Shown here in pieces: positions 18,572 to 28,941 of a DNA stretch of 64,000 nt (its first letter is position 1; each line of letters starts with the position of its first letter). Below the pieces are notes generated by a model that saw nothing but the letters and a program-made list of their open reading frames with translations, did not search any database and was not told the origin of the DNA. This DNA is from Candidatus Aenigmatarchaeota archaeon (lineage in GTDB: Archaea; Aenigmatarchaeota; Aenigmatarchaeia; CG10238-14; SCSR01), in NCBI GenBank assembly GCA_016181005.1, contig JACPAE010000004.1, forward strand, positions 78,646 to 142,645, written 5' to 3'. A program made the translations under genes and the position numbers.

Positions 18572-19466
18572 TAGATTTTATAAAGAATTCTCCTGCACGG
18601 TAAGAGCTCCTGACAAAGGGCCCAGAGGCCACATACTTGAATCCCAGCTCCTCACCTTTCTTTTTATAAAATTCAAATTTTTCTGGCGGTACATAAGCTG
18701 TCACTTCTATGTGCTTCAAACTCGGCCTTAGATATTGCCCAACCGTTAGAAAGTCAACGTCGATATCCTTCAAAGCCTCCATGGCCTCTATGACTTCCTC
18801 TTGGTTTTCACCGAAGCCAACTATTATAGAAGATTTTGTGAATATTCTCGGATTCATTTTCTTGACATTCTTCAAAACACCCAACGACTGCTCATAACCA
18901 GCTCTTCTATCACGAACCTTTCCCTGCAATCTTTTTACCGTCTCAACGTTATGTGCAATAACCTGAGGCCCGGCGTCAACAATCTTTTTCAAACATTCTT
19001 CATCGCCTTGGAAGTCAGGTATGAGAACTTCCACTAGGACATTAGGGTCCTGTTCTTTTACAGATCGTATACATTCGGCAAAATGCCCGGATCCTTGGTC
19101 AGGCAAGTCGTCCCGGTCGACTGATGTTATCACGACATAATCCAGTTTCAGCTCTTTAACAGCCATCGCCAGCATCTTCGGTTCCCAAGGATTCAAAGGC
19201 AGAGGATTACGCCCCTTGTCAACATTGCAGAATCTGCAGCCCCTTGTGCAAGTGTCTCCAAGCACCATGAAGGTGGCAGTCCCACCATCCCAACATTCAG
19301 GAATATTCGGGCAGTGAGATTCTTCACATACAGTAACTAGTCCATGCCTTCTAAGAATTTCACGCAATTCCAGTATTCGTTGATTCTTTTCAGGTAGCTT
19401 GATTTTTAACCAAGAAGGTTTTCCTCTGCTGGCTAACGTCATAACATCTTTTAATAAATAAAACAA
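18555..19466 (-). CDS. lipA: Lipoyl synthase
   Basis: N-terminal Cys cluster CEESHCPNIPECW plus radical SAM CTRGCRFC. Confidence 0.9.
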   Translation of the reverse strand: MFYLLKDVMTLASRGKPSWLKIKLPEKNQRILELREILRRHGLVTVCEESHCPNIPECWDGGTATFMVLGDTCTRGCRFCNVDKGRNPLPLNPWEPKMLAMAVKELKLDYVVITSVDRDDLPDQGSGHFAECIRSVKEQDPNVLVEVLIPDFQGDEECLKKIVDAGPQVIAHNVETVKRLQGKVRDRRAGYEQSLGVLKNVKKMNPRIFTKSSIIVGFGENQEEVIEAMEALKDIDVDFLTVGQYLRPSLKHIEVTAYVPPEKFEFYKKKGEELGFKYVASGPFVRSSYRAGEFFIKSIVQNQ

Positions 19467-19478
19467 TAGCAGATAAAT

Positions 19479-20255
19479 ATGAAAACAGCTTATTTGCTGA
19501 ATCTAGGGATTGTAGATTACCGAGAAAGCCTGGATATTCAGGAGCAACTAGCTTATCTAAGGCAGGCCGGAAGAATTGAAGATACTTTGATTCTGTTAGA
19601 ACATCCATCTTGCGTAACGTTTGGCAGACGAGCACATCCTAAGAATAAGAAATCTGAGATGGTTAAAATTCCACTTGAAGAGTTGGAAAGAAGGATTCCT
19701 GTATATGATGTTGGCAGAGGCGGGTTTGTTACTTATCATGAACCTGGTCAGCTAGTCGCATACCCAATTCTAAACTTTTCTAATCTGTCGAATGGTGTAC
19801 ACGTTCCTTTTGTAGATACCCTAAGAACTTTAGTTAGATACGTGAATGGACTAGAAGAAGTTATGATACGGGTTGCAAGATCGTATGGAATAGATTTGGT
19901 ACGAAAAAAGGCATTGGATACAAGAAGTTTGTTTAGGCATGTTGGTGTCTGGAACGATGATTCTATTAAGATGAGGAAAGTGGGGTCTATAGGCGTAGAG
20001 ACAAGATCATATCCTAACATGAAGGTAACTATGCATGGATTCGCCTTTAATGTAAATAATTCTTTGGAACTGAGCAATCTGATTTACCCTTGTGGTTTGG
20101 ATGTGGAAGAGCTTTCGCTTGAAAGAATAGCAGGTTATGCATTGCCTATCGAAGATGTACGGAGAAATGTAGTCGAAAATTTTGCCGACCTGTTTGAATA
20201 TGATATTAAAGAAGTTAAACTAGAAGATATTCTTTTAGAACCTGCTACAGTCTGA
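19479..20255 (+). CDS. lipB: Octanoyltransferase (LipB-like)
   Basis: RGGFVTYHEPGQLVAYPI matches the LipB RGG..TYHGPGQ motif; 258 aa. Confidence 0.65.
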   Translation: MKTAYLLNLGIVDYRESLDIQEQLAYLRQAGRIEDTLILLEHPSCVTFGRRAHPKNKKSEMVKIPLEELERRIPVYDVGRGGFVTYHEPGQLVAYPILNFSNLSNGVHVPFVDTLRTLVRYVNGLEEVMIRVARSYGIDLVRKKALDTRSLFRHVGVWNDDSIKMRKVGSIGVETRSYPNMKVTMHGFAFNVNNSLELSNLIYPCGLDVEELSLERIAGYALPIEDVRRNVVENFADLFEYDIKEVKLEDILLEPATV

Positions 20256-20531
20256 CTATTTCCCTAAAGCCCATTTCTTCAAAACCTCATAGTCAACAGC
20301 GCCGCAAATCTTCTTCCCTGTTTTTGTGTTGTAAAAGAATGGGACGCCTCCACAGAAGCCTTTGTCAATGCCTTCCATGAATCTAGCATTGGCAGCATTG
20401 TGCCAGACTTCTATTCTCTTAACTTTAACACCTTCCTCCTTTTCCAGCCTCTCAACCAAAGGCCTCATCTCGTGGCAATGTACGCACTCTACACCGTAAA
20501 ACTCCAACAGGTCGTCAGCCATTATTCTCAA
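20256..20531 (-). CDS. Glutaredoxin/NrdH-like redoxin (thioredoxin fold)
   Basis: CVHC active-site CxxC; 91 aa. Confidence 0.5.
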   Translation of the reverse strand: MRIMADDLLEFYGVECVHCHEMRPLVERLEKEEGVKVKRIEVWHNAANARFMEGIDKGFCGGVPFFYNTKTGKKICGAVDYEVLKKWALGK

Positions 20532-20583
20532 AATAGTTTTTGTATTAAACCCATAAATATCTTCCTTTTAACAAATCATTGTT

Positions 20584-21699
20584 ATGCGCGTTATAATGCA
20601 TGTTGATATAGATTCCTTTTATGCTTCGATAGAACAGAGAGACAACCTTAGGCTAAGAGGATTGCCGATAGCAGTAAGACTCGGTAAGAGTGAGGTAATA
20701 GCATCGGCAAGCTATGAAGCGAAATCATTTGGTGTGAGGTCAGAAATGGACATTTCTGATGCTGCCTTGTTGTGTCCCGAGTTGCAACTTATAGAAGCTG
20801 ATCTTGAGAAATATGCCGAGGCATCAAGAATATTTCAACAGACTTGTATAGCTAGATGCAGAGAATTCGAGCCCTATTCTGTTTCGGGTATTCCAGAGGA
20901 AGGCTGGTTTGATTATACAGATAAAATAGAGAGTTGGGAAGAAGGGGAGGAAGAAGCAAAATCTCTGAAAACAGATATTAGAAATAATACTGGCTTGACA
21001 TCGTCTGCTGGTGTAGCGTATGCAAAAATACCTGCAAAGATGGCGTCTGATTACGATAAACCTGACGGTCTGACCATTGTTAGAAACAGGGAAGAATTTG
21101 CTTCTTTGTTCCACGATAAAGGCGCAAGGGACTTGTTTGGTGTTGGGCATGCTATAGAGAAAAGATTGAAAGCGTTAGGTATACAAACTATAGGCGATAT
21201 AGCGAAACAAAGTCCGGATTATCTTGTTGAGCATTTCAAAACCGTCAGAGGCACCTATCTATATCTTATTTCTCGGGGTATAGACGAATGGGAAGTTAAC
21301 CCATCCTATAGTCTTGCTCATATTCCAAAATCAATTGGCAGAGGAAAAACAGTAAGAAGAAGAGGCACGAAGAATTTCGATATGATCGCCGATGTTTTGA
21401 GAGAGTTAAGCCGGCAAGTTGGTGCCAGCCTTCGAGGAAATGGCTATTACTTCAAAACAGCTACTGTTGAAATCAGTGGATTTAATTCATATGGGAAAAG
21501 AATAAGATTATCTAGAAATAGAACTTTCGATTATCATACAAATGATTGGAGAGACCTTTACGATGCAGCTGTGAGAATGCTTTATAATGAATCGAACCAG
21601 CAACAGATAAGTGTGATAAAAATAGGCGTGAGAGCTGGGAAAATTACGCAAGAACAGCAACTTACGCTTTTCAATCTAAGAGATTACAAAGTATTGTAA
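20584..21699 (+). CDS. dinB: Y-family DNA polymerase IV (Dpo4/DinB-like)
   Basis: MHVDIDSFYASIEQRDN..LRGLPIAV N-terminal signature; 371 aa. Confidence 0.85.
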   Translation: MRVIMHVDIDSFYASIEQRDNLRLRGLPIAVRLGKSEVIASASYEAKSFGVRSEMDISDAALLCPELQLIEADLEKYAEASRIFQQTCIARCREFEPYSVSGIPEEGWFDYTDKIESWEEGEEEAKSLKTDIRNNTGLTSSAGVAYAKIPAKMASDYDKPDGLTIVRNREEFASLFHDKGARDLFGVGHAIEKRLKALGIQTIGDIAKQSPDYLVEHFKTVRGTYLYLISRGIDEWEVNPSYSLAHIPKSIGRGKTVRRRGTKNFDMIADVLRELSRQVGASLRGNGYYFKTATVEISGFNSYGKRIRLSRNRTFDYHTNDWRDLYDAAVRMLYNESNQQQISVIKIGVRAGKITQEQQLTLFNLRDYKVL

Positions 21700-23045
21700 T
21701 ATTCAACCAGATGCTTGACAGCCTTCACAGCATCCTCTGGAAAGGTGTAAGTCGGAATACCGTTTGCCTCCAGATTCTTCCTCATAACCTCTGTAAACTC
21801 GCCTCCGGCGGAGACAACAACCAGAGGCTTTTTCTTCAGGTCGTTCGCCTCGACCAGCACGTCAATGATATCAGTAGCTATAAGCGGAGTCTGAACAAGC
21901 ACAATTACAAGGAGGACGTCGACATTCTTGTCTTTCATGAATGCATCTATACAGGTCTTGTACATGCCCGAAGTGGCGTCGCCGGCCAAGTCCAGCGGAT
22001 TCCCGACATTGATTATCGGCGACAGCTGCTTCCTCAGCCCTTTCACAGTCTCTCTGCCCAGCTGTGCCATTTCCACGCCATCTTTTGCCGCCTCGTCCAC
22101 CGCAAGGATGCCGTACCCACCGCCGTTGGTTATTACCTGCAGCCTCCCGCCTTTCGGTTTAATACACTTCTCCAACATCTTGGCATAATCAAACATGTCC
22201 TCCAGAGTCTCAGCACGGATGACTCCCGCCTGCTTGAAAGCGCCGAAATAGACATCTGCACTGCCTGCAAGGGAGCCTGTGTGCGATAAAGCAGCTTTTG
22301 CACCAGCCTCAGTCACACCGCCTTTGATAGCTATTATCGGCTTTTTCCTCGAGACCTTCCTGCACGCTTCAAGAAACTTCCTGCCATTCTTGACAGCTTC
22401 GATGTAAAGGCATATGATCTTTGTCTTCTCGTCATTGCCAAGGTACTCGATCAAGTCCGACTCATCAACATCAATGTCGTTGCCGTAGCTGATGAACTTT
22501 GCAAAGCCGTGTCCCTCGCTTGTAGCCAAGTCGACTATGGACGAGCCAACAGCTCCTGACTGGCAGACGAACGAAATCACACCTTCTTTTGGCCTAGTCA
22601 TCCTGTAGCGGGGCAAGAATAAAGAATCTATCTTTGAATATGCGTCAAAAACCCCCAGCGCATTGGGCCCAATAACGCTCAACTTGTGTTTCTTAATTAC
22701 AGCCTCCAATTTCCTCTGCAATCTCATATTTCCGACTTCCTTAAAGCCGGCACTTACAATTATGATGTTATGAATTTTTTTCCTGCCACATTCTTCCAAG
22801 ACCCTGGGAACAAGCTCTGCAGGCACAGCAACAATTGCCAACTCAATACTTTCTTCTATGTCAAGCACTGAAGGATAAGAGTGATAATTCAAAATGCTCT
22901 CTATATTAGGGTTGATAACAAACAATCTCCCGCTGTAACCGCCGTCGATAAAGTTCCTAAATATAACATGACCTACTTTGTTCGGATCCCGTGAGACACC
23001 TATGATTGCTATGCTATTGGCGTTGAAGAACTTGTCCAGGGTCAT
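21684..23045 (-). CDS. Acetyl-CoA synthetase (ADP-forming), alpha subunit (CoA-binding, SCS-alpha-like)
   Basis: N-terminal CoA-binding Rossmann fold (SIAIIGVSRDPNKVGHVIF) followed by a succinyl-CoA-synthetase-like flavodoxin domain; 453 aa. Confidence 0.75.
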   Translation of the reverse strand: MTLDKFFNANSIAIIGVSRDPNKVGHVIFRNFIDGGYSGRLFVINPNIESILNYHSYPSVLDIEESIELAIVAVPAELVPRVLEECGRKKIHNIIIVSAGFKEVGNMRLQRKLEAVIKKHKLSVIGPNALGVFDAYSKIDSLFLPRYRMTRPKEGVISFVCQSGAVGSSIVDLATSEGHGFAKFISYGNDIDVDESDLIEYLGNDEKTKIICLYIEAVKNGRKFLEACRKVSRKKPIIAIKGGVTEAGAKAALSHTGSLAGSADVYFGAFKQAGVIRAETLEDMFDYAKMLEKCIKPKGGRLQVITNGGGYGILAVDEAAKDGVEMAQLGRETVKGLRKQLSPIINVGNPLDLAGDATSGMYKTCIDAFMKDKNVDVLLVIVLVQTPLIATDIIDVLVEANDLKKKPLVVVSAGGEFTEVMRKNLEANGIPTYTFPEDAVKAVKHLVEYYNTL

Positions 23046-23130
23046 TATACCACTAAAGTAATTTGAACTTTTTTAAATAATTAATTCCACTGGTCTGTGA
23101 CCAGTGGTTAAACTGTCATATAAAGTACTT

Positions 23131-23466
23131 TTACGCTTTCAGCGGTATCATCAACACATCCTTTTCTATTTCAGGTTTCTTTACTTTTCCTGTTCTTACC
23201 AAACTCAACAAGCCGTAATTCTCAAGAAGGCCCAAATCTCTCGAGACCGACTCTATAGGGCGTTTAACGAGTCTGGCCAATTCACCAACTGATTTAGGTT
23301 TCTTTTCTCTTATTTCTCTTACTAACTCCATTCTGCTTGGTGTAAGAACTTTCTCTAGAGTGCCCTTGCTTAAATTGATGACTAGGACCCTGCTTGGGGA
23401 TAGTTCAGGCTTTTCCAAAGCAAAGTCTATCATTCTACTCACCATTCTATCGGTTCTATCCATCAT
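23131..23466 (-). CDS. winged-helix transcriptional regulator (putative)
   Basis: SVGELARLVKRPIESVSRDLGLLENYGLLSL resembles an HTH; 4-nt overlap with the upstream ORF. Confidence 0.4.
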   Translation of the reverse strand: MMDRTDRMVSRMIDFALEKPELSPSRVLVINLSKGTLEKVLTPSRMELVREIREKKPKSVGELARLVKRPIESVSRDLGLLENYGLLSLVRTGKVKKPEIEKDVLMIPLKA

Positions 23467-23792
23467 ATATCACCTCTTTTTCTCGCTTCTTTGAAAAGTT
23501 TAATCCATCTTTCATAGTTTTCAAACACCTCTTTCTTCTTTTCTACGAATGCTGAGTTATAGTCCGTCTCTAGTGCTTTCGGCTTGGGTGATATCCAGAA
23601 TCTTTGCTCATGCAGATATTCGTGCTTTGTATCTACTCGGAATACGTCAGTAGACCTCCCGCCTTCCAAAAGGCTGACGTTGATCGCAAAGTCTGTTATC
23701 TTCCCTCTTTTTATCACCCACCTGAAATCAAGTCTCGCCGCATCGCCTTCGGGTATATCTTTTATTTCAGTTATATGGAATTCCTGTTCCAT
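23463..23792 (-). CDS. hypothetical protein, co-operonic with the wHTH regulator
   Basis: 109-aa ORF with ATGA overlap to the next gene; no recognisable motif. Confidence 0.35.
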   Translation of the reverse strand: MEQEFHITEIKDIPEGDAARLDFRWVIKRGKITDFAINVSLLEGGRSTDVFRVDTKHEYLHEQRFWISPKPKALETDYNSAFVEKKKEVFENYERWIKLFKEARKRGDI

Positions 23793-24079
23793 TATATAAC
23801 CTCATATATCAATTAACATGTAGAGTTAAGTATTTAAACTTGATGCCAACCGACTTGTCAAAATTTCAACCTCTCCTGCAACAGAACCCTAAAGTGAACG
23901 TAAACAAAAATAAATGCCGAACTAAAATCCTAAAAATTAGTTTGACACAGAGACGTACATATTCGTATCACCAGATCTTCCAATACGTGTTATTTGTCGT
24001 TCAGCGCCTTTAAAGGTTGCGATGAACACTGTCATCAGAAACCCTAAATAATAAACAGTTCAAAACCAAAATCATCTAT

Positions 24080-24703
24080 ATGAAAGTTCTCCTAGGCAAG
24101 GACGCCGAAAAATTCCTTAAAGGGCTTCCGCTTGCCAAGAGCTTCCTTGTAAAAGACAGCAAGGAACTGGACAAGAACAGGCGATATCCCGTCGTCATGA
24201 AGATAATCTCGCCGCAGGCCATCCACAAAACCGAAATAAAGGGCGTCCAAACAGCCGACACCAAACGAGAAGCGCAAGACATTATCAACAATTTCATGAA
24301 AACAATCAAATCGAAAAGAATTAAGCTGACAGGGATTTTGGTCCAAGAACATGTTAAAGGAAGGGAGTTCATCGTAGGAGTCAAGAAGGACCCGACTTTT
24401 GGCCATGTTATAATGTTCGGTGCCGGCGGAATTTTTGTCGAATCTCTGAAGGACGTAACATTCAGAGTATGTCCTATAAGTGACAGTGATGCAGATTCGA
24501 TGTTAGCAGATTTAAAAAATCAATGGCTAATCTCCGGTGCAAGAGGCCAAAAACCTATTAAAGCTAAATTATTAAAACAGGTTCTCGTTAAAGTTTCAAA
24601 ATTACCGCAAAAAAACAAAAGAATACAAGAGCTTGATATAAACCCTTTGATTGCGAATGAGAAAGAGGCTAAGATAGCAGATGTTAGAATTGTGCTTAGC
24701 TAA
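24080..24703 (+). CDS. Acetyl-CoA synthetase (ADP-forming), beta subunit (ATP-grasp)
   Basis: ATP-grasp features (VVMKIISPQAIHKTEIKGV, GVKKDPTFGHVIMFGAGG); divergent from the alpha subunit gene. Confidence 0.65.
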   Translation: MKVLLGKDAEKFLKGLPLAKSFLVKDSKELDKNRRYPVVMKIISPQAIHKTEIKGVQTADTKREAQDIINNFMKTIKSKRIKLTGILVQEHVKGREFIVGVKKDPTFGHVIMFGAGGIFVESLKDVTFRVCPISDSDADSMLADLKNQWLISGARGQKPIKAKLLKQVLVKVSKLPQKNKRIQELDINPLIANEKEAKIADVRIVLS

Positions 24704-24713
24704 ACTGATGCCG

Positions 24714-25034
24714 TCACAACCTCTGTTCTTGAAGTTCGGCATATTTCACCACTTTTACGCCAGTCATGGCACGCCAATTATCAAATACAGCCCTAGTCAC
24801 ACCAAAACGAGAGTAAACAGGTTGAAAGCCTTCTCTTCCATAATGATTAATTACGACTGCAAGAACTCTTCCCAAAACGCTCGTCTTTTCGCCATCATAA
24901 AGATCGAAATTATAACCTAAATCACCTGGTAGCTCATTTAGGACAGACGACTCTTCTAACTCCCGTCTGAGGTCACCATCCATAGCAGCTTGTATAACAA
25001 ATTTTCTCTGTTGGTCAGTAAGTCCTAATGTCAT
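24714..25034 (-). CDS. hypothetical protein
   Basis: 106-aa ORF; no motif. Confidence 0.3.
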   Translation of the reverse strand: MTLGLTDQQRKFVIQAAMDGDLRRELEESSVLNELPGDLGYNFDLYDGEKTSVLGRVLAVVINHYGREGFQPVYSRFGVTRAVFDNWRAMTGVKVVKYAELQEQRL

Positions 25035-25068
25035 ATTATATGCATGGTAATAAGGGATTTAAAGCCTT

Positions 25069-26199
25069 TTATTTCCTAACTCTTTCCTGCGCTATCCTTA
25101 AAGCAGCATCTCTCGGCTTCACATCCTCTTTCCCAGCTCTGTCCAAAACCAACTTAACATTCTTCTTAATCTTCTTTTCCACGAGTTCAAACATCCTCTT
25201 AGGGTTCTGCCCTCGGTATTCGGCATAGGAAGAAATCACGCCGCCGGCATTTGCAACAAAATCAGGAACTACAAGAACACCTCTTTTATGTAAAATAGCC
25301 TCAATTTCAGGTGTTGTTGGAATATTCCCAGCCTCAACCACAATCCTAGCTTTAATTTTATCCATGTTCTCCTTAGTAATAACATCAGGCAGTGCCGCCG
25401 GGATTAAAACGTCAACAGGCAGTTCGAAGATTTCCTTGTTGCGCAATAATTTTGCAGATTTGTAATTGACCACGCTGCCTGCCCTTTCCTTAACTTTGAC
25501 CAACTTCTTAACATCCAAACCCTTCTCATTGTAAGCAACACCTCTACTGTCACTAACAGCTACAATCTTTGCCCCAAAATCATCTAGGTAACTCGACGCA
25601 AAAGTGCCGACATTCCCGAATCCTTCTATCGCAACTGTCGCACCGTTAATATCCAAACCTATATGCTTCGCAGCTACAACAGTAGCATGCGCGACTCCGA
25701 ATCCGGTAGAGCCATATTCATGCGGTATGCCGCACTTCTCGCCTTTCTTTCCAAATAAATTCATGCAAACATTTGCAGGTTTTCCGGTACATGCCCTCCA
25801 GTCACCATTAGCTTCAAAGAACCACTGCATTTCTTGCTCGCCTGTATTAACATCAGGTCCTGCTATGTAAAGCTTGGGTACAAGAGGCTTCAATGCTCTA
25901 GAAAATGCTTGTATCAGAACCTTCTTTCTTACCTTGTTTTTAATGTCCTCAGGCGAGGCTTTAATCCCAGCTTTCGCCCCACCAAACGGCAGTTCAGCTA
26001 AGGCACATTTCCATGTCATTGTTCGTGCAAGCCGAAAGACTTCAGCAACATCTACAGTAGGAGTCATCCTAATCCCGCCTTTTCCCGGACCTAGGGAGGT
26101 CGAGTCTATAATTAAGATTCCATTCAGGCCGATTTTCTTGTCGTAAACCTCAACAACATACTCAGGGCCAAACTCATCAGCAAACTCTTCAAGTTCCAT
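25069..26199 (-). CDS. Glu/Leu/Phe/Val dehydrogenase family protein
   Basis: Catalytic Lys region GGAKAGI and NAD(P)-binding GFGNVG; 376 aa. Confidence 0.8.
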   Translation of the reverse strand: MELEEFADEFGPEYVVEVYDKKIGLNGILIIDSTSLGPGKGGIRMTPTVDVAEVFRLARTMTWKCALAELPFGGAKAGIKASPEDIKNKVRKKVLIQAFSRALKPLVPKLYIAGPDVNTGEQEMQWFFEANGDWRACTGKPANVCMNLFGKKGEKCGIPHEYGSTGFGVAHATVVAAKHIGLDINGATVAIEGFGNVGTFASSYLDDFGAKIVAVSDSRGVAYNEKGLDVKKLVKVKERAGSVVNYKSAKLLRNKEIFELPVDVLIPAALPDVITKENMDKIKARIVVEAGNIPTTPEIEAILHKRGVLVVPDFVANAGGVISSYAEYRGQNPKRMFELVEKKIKKNVKLVLDRAGKEDVKPRDAALRIAQERVRK

Positions 26200-26230
26200 G
26201 ACATAACTATATATTGCCAGAATAAAAACT

Positions 26231-27391
26231 TTGTATTTAAACGGCGATTTAATGCCTCGATTAAAATATCCGTATGAATTTGATCCGGAAAAAAGGAGAA
26301 TAGCAAAAACCTACAGGAGAGGCCGGCTGCTGATTTTCCTTTTCAGCATCCTGCTTTCAACCAGCCTTATTCTGTTCATTCTTTCAACTGGCTATCACAT
26401 CACACTCAAGCAACTGGTTGCACAGTATCCATCGCAAACAATTTTCTACGCACTTACATTCCTATTTATCATAACCATCTTCAAATTTCCACTCACATTC
26501 TATTCGTCATACATCTACGAGCATAAGTTCAAACTCTCCCGGTATTCAATCCTGTCATGGCTCAAGGACTTTGTTAAGATGACTCTGCTAGGGTACGTCA
26601 TTTCACTAATCCTCATCTACTTCCTCTACACGACAATCAGAACTTTCTCCGCTTGGTGGCTGTTTGCAGGCATGCTATATGCAATCTTCATGACCGTCAT
26701 GAATTACATTTATCCTCTAGTCATCCTGCCGTTCATGTGGAAAGTGGAGCCCTACAAGGACAGTAGAATGAAGCAGAAGATTCTCAAGCTCTGCAGAAGA
26801 CTTGGGGTTACCAGCATCAAGAACATAGTCGTGATAAAGGAGAGCGAGAAATCTGTCCGGCCGAATGCGGTATTTATGGGCTTTGGCAACTCTAGGAAGA
26901 TAGGGTTGTACGACACGCTTTTAGGCAGCTTTACCAAAGACGAGACGGAGACTGTTGTAGGACACGAGCTTGGGCATTACGTGAACAGGGACGTCTGGAA
27001 AGGGTTTGCAATCGAAGCGATTCTGATATTCCCGATGCTTTTTGCAGTAGATTATGTCGTCGATGTTTCCGGGCCTGCTTTTGGAATCTATTCCATAGCA
27101 GATATTTCTTCATTGCCGTTGATTGTTCTAACGTTCGGCATCTTGGACTTTTTGCTTGCGCCCATTGTCAATGCTTACTCCCGCCATAGGGAAGCTATGG
27201 CTGACGAGTTTGCGTTGGAGCATGTTAGGAAGCCTTTTGCCCAAGTCTCTACGGAGAAAAGATTGGCTGATATGGGCTTGTCTGACTCGAAGCCACACTG
27301 GCTTGTGGAGTTCTGGCTGTTCAATCATCCTGCAACGTTCAGGAGGATTAAGATGGCTGAGAGATGGAGGAAGAAGCTGAAAAATAGCTAA
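26231..27391 (+). CDS. M48 family zinc metallopeptidase (Ste24/HtpX-like), membrane
   Basis: HELGHY zinc motif with a downstream E; N-terminal TM helices. Confidence 0.7.
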   Translation: MYLNGDLMPRLKYPYEFDPEKRRIAKTYRRGRLLIFLFSILLSTSLILFILSTGYHITLKQLVAQYPSQTIFYALTFLFIITIFKFPLTFYSSYIYEHKFKLSRYSILSWLKDFVKMTLLGYVISLILIYFLYTTIRTFSAWWLFAGMLYAIFMTVMNYIYPLVILPFMWKVEPYKDSRMKQKILKLCRRLGVTSIKNIVVIKESEKSVRPNAVFMGFGNSRKIGLYDTLLGSFTKDETETVVGHELGHYVNRDVWKGFAIEAILIFPMLFAVDYVVDVSGPAFGIYSIADISSLPLIVLTFGILDFLLAPIVNAYSRHREAMADEFALEHVRKPFAQVSTEKRLADMGLSDSKPHWLVEFWLFNHPATFRRIKMAERWRKKLKNS

Positions 27392-27795
27392 TGAATCTAA
27401 ACTTTACCAACAACTATAAACTATGGTCAATTTACTTGGTTTGTTTGAACCTCGTCGAAAAGGCTGGAATTCAGCCGTTGATTTGTGATTTGGAAGATAT
27501 AATATTTTACTTAAGACACGAAACTAAGGGAAGCGAATCAGTTAGATGTAGAACACCGGGTAGAGTGCCGTTCAGTTATTCCACTTCTTTTTATAATCCT
27601 TCTGATAAAGATGATTTAGAAAATCTTGTTGATTATTTAGCCAGAGACTTTAGTGGATATGTTCCCTCAAATGGGTACGGAATAGGGACATATGAATCTT
27701 GGATAATGCCCAGAAAAAGACTAGAGAGACATAAGATATATTTAAGATCTGGAAGCAAGTCTGCAACTATTGAATGGGAAACCAAGGTTGAGTAA
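27391..27795 (+). CDS. hypothetical protein
   Basis: 134-aa ORF starting at the stop of the M48 gene. Confidence 0.3.
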   Translation: MNLNFTNNYKLWSIYLVCLNLVEKAGIQPLICDLEDIIFYLRHETKGSESVRCRTPGRVPFSYSTSFYNPSDKDDLENLVDYLARDFSGYVPSNGYGIGTYESWIMPRKRLERHKIYLRSGSKSATIEWETKVE

Positions 27796-27796
27796 T

Positions 27797-28804
27797 TCAC
27801 TTCTTTTTCTTCGCAACCCAGTCAGCTACAAACGTAGGCTGCTGCCCAGCAAGATAGTTGTAAGCCTGAAGCGCGGCTTTGCATCCTTCCCCTGCAGAAA
27901 CTACAATCTGCTTGAATGGTGTTTGTGTTATATCACCTGCAGCAAAAATACCAGGTCTAACCTTGTCGCTATCAGGATAATATGTTTCTGCATTATTTGT
28001 AGCTAACACTTGTCCCATTTGATCCAGTTTAACCAAGTGCTTAATGAACTCAGTCTTGGTCACAGATCCAATCTCAACAAAAACTCCAGAAACAGGTATT
28101 TCCTTAGTTTCATTAGTCACAACATTCTGCAGGACAATTGAATGCACAGTCTGCTCACCTTTAATTTCCTTTACAATACTATTAAACAAAATTTCAATAT
28201 TCTCTCTTTTTTTGACCTCTTCAACTAAATACTCAAAACCTCTGAACTGATCTCTTCTGTGTATCAGGTAAACTTTAGGGCATATCTTACTAAGATACTC
28301 TGCACCTTCCAAAGCAGAATTGCCGCCACCAACTACAGCAACCTTCTTCCCTTTAAATAAGGGTCCGTCGCATACAGTGCAGTAAGATACACCCTTAGCT
28401 CCAAACTCACCTTCACCAGGTACATCCAATGTCCTAGGTGTTTTCCCATATGAAAGAATAACTGTTTTAGTTTTGTAAATATTTCCACTAGTCTTTACAG
28501 CAAACATCGGTTTACCATTGTTAGCATTAGGAATTTCTTCTATAACAGTCACCTCTTCATAAATAACTTCAGCCCCAGCTTTGATGGCTTGCTTTAGCAT
28601 CTTATTCATCAAAGGAATCCCGCCAACTGACATAAATCCAGGATAGTTCTCTATAACATCAGTCATCGCAGCCTGCCCACCAATGCTTTTGGCTATAACT
28701 AAAGTCTTCATCGCCCTTCTTGCAGCGTATATCGCGGCAGTCAAGGAAGCAGCCGCACCGCCGATAATGACAGAATCGTAGACAGTGTCAGTAATGTCAT
28801 CCAC
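27797..28804 (-). CDS. trxB: Thioredoxin reductase (NADPH)
   Basis: FAD motif IIGGAAASLTAAIYAAR, redox CTVCDG, NADPH GGGNSALEGA. Confidence 0.85.
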   Translation of the reverse strand: MDDITDTVYDSVIIGGAAASLTAAIYAARRAMKTLVIAKSIGGQAAMTDVIENYPGFMSVGGIPLMNKMLKQAIKAGAEVIYEEVTVIEEIPNANNGKPMFAVKTSGNIYKTKTVILSYGKTPRTLDVPGEGEFGAKGVSYCTVCDGPLFKGKKVAVVGGGNSALEGAEYLSKICPKVYLIHRRDQFRGFEYLVEEVKKRENIEILFNSIVKEIKGEQTVHSIVLQNVVTNETKEIPVSGVFVEIGSVTKTEFIKHLVKLDQMGQVLATNNAETYYPDSDKVRPGIFAAGDITQTPFKQIVVSAGEGCKAALQAYNYLAGQQPTFVADWVAKKKK

Positions 28805-28940
28805 CCTTTGCCTTCAAGATAACATCACACTGGTTGCACACGCCCGGCTTTTTGTAAAGCTTTTTGCATACGGTGCACTCGAAAACAAGCTGAGTATACG
28901 CTCCTACAAGATCATTTTCGTCATCATTTTTTCTCGGCAT
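28797..28940 (-). CDS. small zinc-ribbon protein
   Basis: CTVCKK...CNQCD pair of CxxC; internal Met start chosen to avoid overlapping the upstream glutaredoxin-like gene. Confidence 0.35.
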   Translation of the reverse strand: MPRKNDDENDLVGAYTQLVFECTVCKKLYKKPGVCNQCDVILKAKGG

Positions 28941-28941
28941 C

